The translations under genes were made by a program, and so were the position numbers. From Bdellovibrionota bacterium (GTDB lineage Bacteria; Bdellovibrionota_C; UBA2361; JBGSMV01): 64,000 nucleotides of DNA. The stretch is from NCBI GenBank assembly GCA_041739995.1, contig JBGSMV010000029.1, positions 64,001-128,000 of the forward strand, written 5' to 3'. Below are positions 58,189 through 64,000 of this stretch, piece after piece; the stretch's first letter is position 1; each line of letters starts with the position of its first letter. The notes under the pieces were generated by a model. It did not search any database. It had not been told where the DNA came from and saw only the letters and a program-made list of their open reading frames with translations.

Positions 58189-58932
58189 TTGATCGCGAGT
58201 GACAGTACGGTGATCGTGGGTGGAACCATAGCGGGAACGGCGGCGAGTTTGGCCAATAATGGTGTGGTGATTCTTGCAAATAAGGGCTCGATCGCTCCTG
58301 GGCCTGAGTGCGAAGGTCCAGGCTGCCACGCATTTACTTTACCATCTTCCCCTGCATGGGCGACCGCCTGTCCAAATCCAGCCGACCAGATTGATATCAC
58401 CACGTCGACGTACGTGGGGAGCCTCCCTGCTGGCTGCTATGGCGATCTGATGGTCAATGCTGACTTTGCGTTGCTTGATCGATCTGCTGCTTATCACTTT
58501 AGGCAAGTCAACTTTCAAGGCAACAGCAACGAGCTCACTTTCGGTGCAATCCCGGTCGGGGAGAAGGCCGAAATATACGTCGAGGAGATAGACTCCAATA
58601 ACAATCGAAACCATATTACTGGCAATCGAGTGATGAATAAAAACAACTCAGGTAACACCGGGAAATTTAATGCGCCGCATCAGTTGGTGATCCATTACAC
58701 CGGCGTCAAGCCCATCCATTTCGGCGGAACGAGCGACGTATATGCACACCTCATTGCTCCGAATGCGCATGTGACTTCGACTGGAAACACTGACTTCTAT
58801 GGTGGCATCGAGAGCAATAGCATTCAGATCACCGGAAACGCCGACTACTTCTACGATGAGAACATTGGCGTGGCTCAGCCGGTATCGAATCTCGCGTTTG
58901 AAATTAGAAAAACGAGTCAGCGTTACCGCTAG
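58189..58932 (+). CDS. Beta-helix-like domain resembling the C-terminus of PilX-type/surface proteins; probably 5'-truncated
   Basis: LIAPNA.V...GN..FYG.I....I.I.GN...FYDE; in-frame TGA at 58150, TTG start, no signal peptide. Confidence 0.5.
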   Translation: MIASDSTVIVGGTIAGTAASLANNGVVILANKGSIAPGPECEGPGCHAFTLPSSPAWATACPNPADQIDITTSTYVGSLPAGCYGDLMVNADFALLDRSAAYHFRQVNFQGNSNELTFGAIPVGEKAEIYVEEIDSNNNRNHITGNRVMNKNNSGNTGKFNAPHQLVIHYTGVKPIHFGGTSDVYAHLIAPNAHVTSTGNTDFYGGIESNSIQITGNADYFYDENIGVAQPVSNLAFEIRKTSQRYR

Positions 58933-59223
58933 TTCGATAACTTTTAAGTGCGACAAGAAATTCCGACCCAGGTTTTTCTGGGTGGGCGTCTGTATCTAAC
59001 CTGAAATACGGATAGATCAGAGGTTGATGTAGGGGTCAAGCTATGTACCTCTACCTCGGTCGGCTCAGTGAGACTCTGGAAGAAGCATTCGATGAGCTCA
59101 AGTTTCATAAGTACTTAGAATCAATTTTGAATTTGCTAACAGCTGAAATCCGACCTCTGCGCTTTTGCTTGCGGTGAACGTCTTGGGTTGTCTTCGTAGA
59201 AAGGCGGGATATAGTTCGGCCCA

Positions 59224-59787
59224 ATGGAACCCCTTGGGTCAGGTCTTCTTTCCGAACCTCGCAGAGTGATTCCGCTGACCAGTGCTGCGGACGCTGAAAT
59301 CTCGCGTCTGCTTCACGATGCACGGGTAACCTTCGACCCCTCACTCCCTGAGAACCGAGGTTTTTCAGTTCAATTGAGTGGCAAGGCCAGCGAGGTGCTG
59401 GTGGTGCTGCGTCACGAAGGCAATTGTAAGTCGTATGGGTTTACCATCGAAGCGCGTCCCATGAATGAGCGCAGCAGTGCCTTTGACCTGCGAAAATTTG
59501 AAATCGAAGTGCTTCAGATCTCGGCAGACGATCAGTCCCCAGTTGGTTCACTTTCGCGCAACGCGCATCGTCTAGCCTGTGGCCCGTTCGAGCCGGATAA
59601 GAATTATATTATCCAGGTACTCAGACCACCCCAGGTGATAGCGGAGAGGTTCCGCCCGAAGGCCGGGCCACCAGTTGGATCCGAAGAGTGGGGGGACTTA
59701 AAATTTCCACGGGTTGGCTCAGAAGCAGAGGGCGAGGACTCAGATCTACTAGTTTGCTCTCCGACCATGCAGCAAAAAGTGGGATAG
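59224..59787 (+). CDS. Hypothetical protein
   Basis: 187-aa ATG ORF filling the gap; no motif recognised. Confidence 0.5.
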   Translation: MEPLGSGLLSEPRRVIPLTSAADAEISRLLHDARVTFDPSLPENRGFSVQLSGKASEVLVVLRHEGNCKSYGFTIEARPMNERSSAFDLRKFEIEVLQISADDQSPVGSLSRNAHRLACGPFEPDKNYIIQVLRPPQVIAERFRPKAGPPVGSEEWGDLKFPRVGSEAEGEDSDLLVCSPTMQQKVG

Positions 59788-60035
59788 CCGATCGCTGTCC
59801 CGCTCAATTCCATTATTTCCCTAATTCCGAAAACCCCAGAGCATTTAACGGCTTTTGGCGCGTAACTTGCATAAATACTGTAGGCGCAGAGAGCGCTGTC
59901 GCCCCGTTGCGCTCAGCGCTCTCCTGAGTGGCCTGTAATGTGGCGAAACGGAATTTAACTAGGAATCTTTTGGAGTTGAGCCATCTTAGAAACCCCGATC
60001 GTAAAGTCCGCGGACACCCTCGCCGAAATACTCTC

Positions 60036-61643
60036 ATGACCGATGGACCTTACTTTTCTTCCCTCGCTGAGGTGGTTGCTCATGGAGTGTGGCAGCTTTC
60101 AAGAGCCACTCTGGCCCTTGCCGTGCTAGTGACTGGGCTACTTAGCCTAAATCTTTCGACGCTTGAGGCCCAAACCCTTTCAAATCAGCTCGAATACGAC
60201 GAGCCCATCACGGCGCGCTTGAATGGCGGTGGAGTGGGATATAGCTCGCCAACCGTTGCGGAGACTGACGGCGATCCTTCAAACGGGAACGAAATCTTAA
60301 TCGCTGGGGCTGATGGAACTCTGCACGCCTATCGGAGTGACGGCTCAGAGGTTTGGAGTGCGAGGCTTCCCATTTTTTCATGCAGCGGAGCAAAGAAAAA
60401 CGACAAGGTTTACTCATCCCCTGCAGTTGGAACTCTACTGGGCGACGGCGTGCCGTACGTGGTTGTGGGCTATGGCGGATTTTCTGGATCGTGTGCTGGT
60501 GGTATTGCAGCCTATCGTGGAACCGACGGGCAACAGCTTTGGGAATTTGATCTCGCGGCGTTCGGACGCCAAAAGCAGCATTTCGTGCTTAAGCCGACAG
60601 TTTTTAGCACCCCGGCTCTTTTCGATGTTGATGGTGACGGAACACTCGAAGTTGGTTTTGGTGGGTTTGATAGGAATGTCTACCTTCTGAACTCTGATGG
60701 CAGCGTGCGCTGGTACTACCACGCTGCAGATACGGTGTGGTCCTCCCCGGTCTTTACAGATACCAATGGTGATGGTCAGCCAGAGATGATTATCGGCACT
60801 GACATCAGCAAGAATACGTTTCTTAATCCCCCCACCAAAAATGGCGGCTTTGTATACGCGTTTAGTACCCAAACCGTCCGTGGCGGACTTGTTGAGTTCC
60901 GCGATCCATCAAAAGAAATTACTTTGTGGAGCAGGTTTGCTAGACAGGTGATTTTCTCTGCACCAGTGGTAGCGGAAGTGCTGTCGACTAATCCAGGTCT
61001 TGAAATTATTGTGGGGACGGGCTGCTTTTTCCCCGAAGGCACCAACAATAAAGGCGGAAAATTCGTTCGGGTTCTCTCCGCGGCGACAGGCCGTGTGCTG
61101 AAAAAGATAAAAACGCCAACCTGCAACTCTGCCACTCCTGCGATTGGAGATCTTGATGGCGATGGGAATCTTGAAGTAGTTATCGCCACCCCCAGCAACG
61201 TAGAATCAGGTGCCGATGGAAAGGGCAGGTTATTGGCATGGACTCCCGAGACAGGAAACAAACTTTGGGAGCGTAAGCTCGCCGCCATGTTTCCCTTCCA
61301 GTCACCACTGCTCGCTGATCTAGACGCTGACGGGACCCCGGAAGTGATCCAAGCGACTGCCGCTTATATCTACATCTACGATGGTTTGACTGGAGCTCAG
61401 CTTGGACGTGTGCGGCCCGGAGGCACCATGAAGAACACCCCCACCATTGTCGATCTTGACGGAGACGGACGACCGGATCTAGTGGCTGCAAGTGCACAGA
61501 ACGGAAAGGGCAAACTAAGTATATTCCCGAACTTCTCGTCTGAAGCGGGAGAGGAGCGAAGAGGCAGCTCGTCAAACCCCACGGAGGCGCTTATCCCTTG
61601 GGGCTCCTGGAGAAACGGGTCGGGAACTGCCTCGGCTCCTTAG
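60036..61643 (+). CDS. Secreted FG-GAP/PQQ-like beta-propeller repeat protein
   Basis: Repeated (S/T)P...D(L/V)DGDG..E motifs, signal-like N-terminus. Confidence 0.8.
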   Translation: MTDGPYFSSLAEVVAHGVWQLSRATLALAVLVTGLLSLNLSTLEAQTLSNQLEYDEPITARLNGGGVGYSSPTVAETDGDPSNGNEILIAGADGTLHAYRSDGSEVWSARLPIFSCSGAKKNDKVYSSPAVGTLLGDGVPYVVVGYGGFSGSCAGGIAAYRGTDGQQLWEFDLAAFGRQKQHFVLKPTVFSTPALFDVDGDGTLEVGFGGFDRNVYLLNSDGSVRWYYHAADTVWSSPVFTDTNGDGQPEMIIGTDISKNTFLNPPTKNGGFVYAFSTQTVRGGLVEFRDPSKEITLWSRFARQVIFSAPVVAEVLSTNPGLEIIVGTGCFFPEGTNNKGGKFVRVLSAATGRVLKKIKTPTCNSATPAIGDLDGDGNLEVVIATPSNVESGADGKGRLLAWTPETGNKLWERKLAAMFPFQSPLLADLDADGTPEVIQATAAYIYIYDGLTGAQLGRVRPGGTMKNTPTIVDLDGDGRPDLVAASAQNGKGKLSIFPNFSSEAGEERRGSSSNPTEALIPWGSWRNGSGTASAP

Positions 61644-61701
61644 GCAATTGTACTCGATTGACCGAGAGCACTCTCCCTCCATCGTGAAGAGTTTCTAACT
61701 C

Positions 61702-62583
61702 TTAGTCGGCGGCTAAGTGAGGATATCGTGCCGCACTCTCGAGCAGTTCTTCAGGTGAGAATTTACGTGGAATGATGCGTGCCCAGTCGCCCTCGACCTT
61801 TGCTTGAGGGCACGAGCTTCGAACCCAACGTAAGCGTCCATCCGACTCTGCTCCTTCTGGAGCAAGGCTAGAAAACTCTACTACCTGGCAGTTTTTCATG
61901 TCGCCCGCGGGAGAATGGAAAAAATCACGTTGTTGTTCAGTGGTCATATGGGCGATCTCCGCCCAAGCAGCTTCTATATATTCACCGTGAGAGAAGACCA
62001 GCACGCGCTGATTGGTACATTCTCTTGCGACGCGCTCAAGCAAAACGCGAGATCTGGTTCTGGTAGCCAGCAGGGATTCGCCGTCTGGCATCGGGGTATG
62101 AAGAGGATCGCGTTTGCGTTGATCAAACGAGAGTGTTCGCTCAGTCTCTGTCAGCTCAGAAAATCGTCCCCAGTTTCGTTCTCCGAGTTGAGGGTCTACC
62201 CGAATTTGAGCATTGTTCCAGCCCGCAGCCAAACACAACAGTCCGGCCGTTTCTTGAGCCCTGACATGGTCGGAGACGTAGATGATGTCAAACCCTTCTG
62301 GGTACTGCGCTCTTAGCCAGGCGCCGGTGGTCTTGGCTTGGGCCTGTCCGAGAGCAGAGAGGCGAAATTCTCGGTCTGGAGTATCTAAAAACTTTGGAGG
62401 GAAGGCCGTCAGCTGGCCTCGCTTCACTGCTCGTTGAATGATGTTCGCTTCGCTCTGGCCATGTCGGATGAAGACCAGGCGAGCGGGCATTTCAACTCGG
62501 GGAGCGGTCATAGGGGAGGTAAGTGCTGAGGTAGTCCGCGGTGGAGGAAGAGGCGAGGCAGACTGTGGTGCGGCTTGTTCCAT
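61702..62583 (-). CDS. Histidine phosphatase (phosphoglycerate mutase superfamily)
   Basis: FIRHGQS, LS.LG..QA, S...RA.ETA, L.ER.WG, GES, VFSHG. Confidence 0.9.
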   Translation of the reverse strand: MEQAAPQSASPLPPPRTTSALTSPMTAPRVEMPARLVFIRHGQSEANIIQRAVKRGQLTAFPPKFLDTPDREFRLSALGQAQAKTTGAWLRAQYPEGFDIIYVSDHVRAQETAGLLCLAAGWNNAQIRVDPQLGERNWGRFSELTETERTLSFDQRKRDPLHTPMPDGESLLATRTRSRVLLERVARECTNQRVLVFSHGEYIEAAWAEIAHMTTEQQRDFFHSPAGDMKNCQVVEFSSLAPEGAESDGRLRWVRSSCPQAKVEGDWARIIPRKFSPEELLESAARYPHLAAD

Positions 62584-62590
62584 GTTACTC

Positions 62591-62730
62591 CTGGTGTCCT
62601 AAGGCGGAATTTCATTTAAGAATCTTTCTCACTGCCCTCGCCGAACTCATTGTGAAATTCACTGAACATTCACAATTAGACCAGCGAGCGCATCGAGAAT
62701 TTCTCAACGCGCTCGTACTCGGGACACTAG
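62591..62730 (-). mobile_element. Family A element, copy 5 (reverse orientation, most diverged)
   Basis: CTGGTGTCCTAAG...TCTTTCTCACTG..CTCGCCGAACTCATTGTG...ACTCGGGACACTAG. Confidence 0.75.
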
Positions 62731-62906
62731 CAAACAAAACGCAGTGTTCTGAGTTGTCGTGGTGAAACACGAGTCCAGAGATTATAGATCCCTTCTAGGG
62801 GCAATCTTAAGCCTGTGCGAACGCCCAACGAAGGCAAATATCACTTTGCGCAGTGTGCGTTTGCAATGATGTGGCTGAAATAACCAAAAATCAGTCGATC
62901 TGATGG

Positions 62907-63830
62907 TTATTCATAGACGTGGCGTTCGTTCTGAAATTGCTCAAGGGTATCAGCGGTAAGCTGCTCAAGCGTGGCATCCACGTCTGCTTCGTCGAAGCCT
63001 AGGTATAGCGCCGTGGCACGTGCCGCCTCCGCAGCGATCGGGTAGCCTTCAGGGTTGCCGATACCTGCATTGTGGGCAATTACGGAGGCGAGTTGAACGA
63101 CGGCAGTTTTTTCTTCCACTATCGTTTCCGCCTTTGCTCCCTCGATGGGATCTCTATAGTGGAGAATTACTTGGCACGTGTCGGGCGCAAAGTTCCACTT
63201 CTTGGCGACAAGAGCGCCAATGAGCGGATGCGCGAAGCCGAATGTCTTTTGTTCGGAAGTCGCAAAGTCCAGGCCTTCACCTTTAATGGTGCTTATCACT
63301 GTCTTGTAACCCTTTCTGGTTTCTGGTTGGAACAGCAATACTATCTGTCCAAGGTTATGCAGTAGTCCCAACAGAAAGATTTCTTCTATGTAAGGCTTCT
63401 TAAGCTTCTTTGCGATGGCGGTTGAACACATCGCGGTCGCCATCGAGGATTCCCAGATCTGGCGCTCCAGGGGGCCGAAGCTCTTGTTAAGCTGCCGAAG
63501 TGTGGCTGCGACGATGATACCTTTAAGCGCTTTGAAACCAATCACCATGATCGCCATATTCAGAGTAGAAATCTCACGCTGCCTAGAGAACATGGCGCTG
63601 TTTGCGATTTTGAGAACTCGAGCGGCAAGTGCCGCGTCGGTTGATAAAAGTTCGGTGAGATCAGAAGCGGTAGTGTCGGGGTTCTCGACAAGACTGATAG
63701 CGCGCGATGCCACTTGAGGCATAGGAGGAAGATCTCCGACCCAGGCAACAATCTCTCGCCAATCTTTGTCTGCACTTAACCGGCCTTCGAATTCTTTTGG
63801 AGCTGTTTCCATTGCGCTAATACTCATCAA
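62907..63830 (-). CDS. HDOD domain protein
   Basis: LPPMP, D.ALAARVLKIANSA, GLLHNLG, H..IGA.....W. Confidence 0.9.
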   Translation of the reverse strand: MMSISAMETAPKEFEGRLSADKDWREIVAWVGDLPPMPQVASRAISLVENPDTTASDLTELLSTDAALAARVLKIANSAMFSRQREISTLNMAIMVIGFKALKGIIVAATLRQLNKSFGPLERQIWESSMATAMCSTAIAKKLKKPYIEEIFLLGLLHNLGQIVLLFQPETRKGYKTVISTIKGEGLDFATSEQKTFGFAHPLIGALVAKKWNFAPDTCQVILHYRDPIEGAKAETIVEEKTAVVQLASVIAHNAGIGNPEGYPIAAEAARATALYLGFDEADVDATLEQLTADTLEQFQNERHVYE

Positions 63831-64000
63831 TTAAAGCGAGCGTTCCACCAAGATAGCCGTCACCGCCAAGCTATCTCAAGAATATGGCATCACATTAGGA
63901 AACTTCTGTCATTAGGAGACTAGTGACCACGATGCCATTGCTTATCATCGGTGCGCTCGGCGTCTAACATGAGCGCCTCTGATGTTCAGCTCACCTTTTG

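Noticed and set aside
63895..63923. Sixth family A copy (AACTTCTGTCATTAGGAGACTAG)
   Set aside because: It resembles only one end; no internal core or partner end is visible.

Overview
Bacterial chromosomal window of about 61 CDS and 3 tRNAs. Gene order and types suggest a flagellated, LPS-making deltaproteobacterial or Bdellovibrionota-like lineage (inference only). It carries envelope genes (Wzt-like ABC ATPase fused to a glycosyltransferase, DUF616 GT, lptFG), translation genes (rpsU, pheST, archaeal/eukaryote-type proS, rsmE, trhO, two tRNA-Gly, tRNA-Pro), folP, purM, slyD, acyP, an incomplete suf cluster (sufC-sufD-Rieske-sufU), fliL, and a flgFGAHIJMN-flgKL-csrA-fliW cluster with two sigma54-like promoters. 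Many secreted or lipoprotein genes and orphans are interspersed. I see no CRISPR array, prophage or transposase. The most unusual signals are non-coding. (1) Three families of CTAG-bounded palindromic mini-elements (five copies of a ~143-nt hairpin, two of a ~120-135-nt element, two of a ~30-nt element) sit on TAG stop codons and stack at shared CTAG sites. (2) TAG is the dominant stop codon, 34 of 61 by my count. (3) Seven hairpin repeats follow the two tRNA-Gly genes. Notable proteins are a PheRS with a divergent active site and no B2 domain, and bS21 and CsrA with long disordered extensions. All assignments come from motif recognition by eye; no searches were run.
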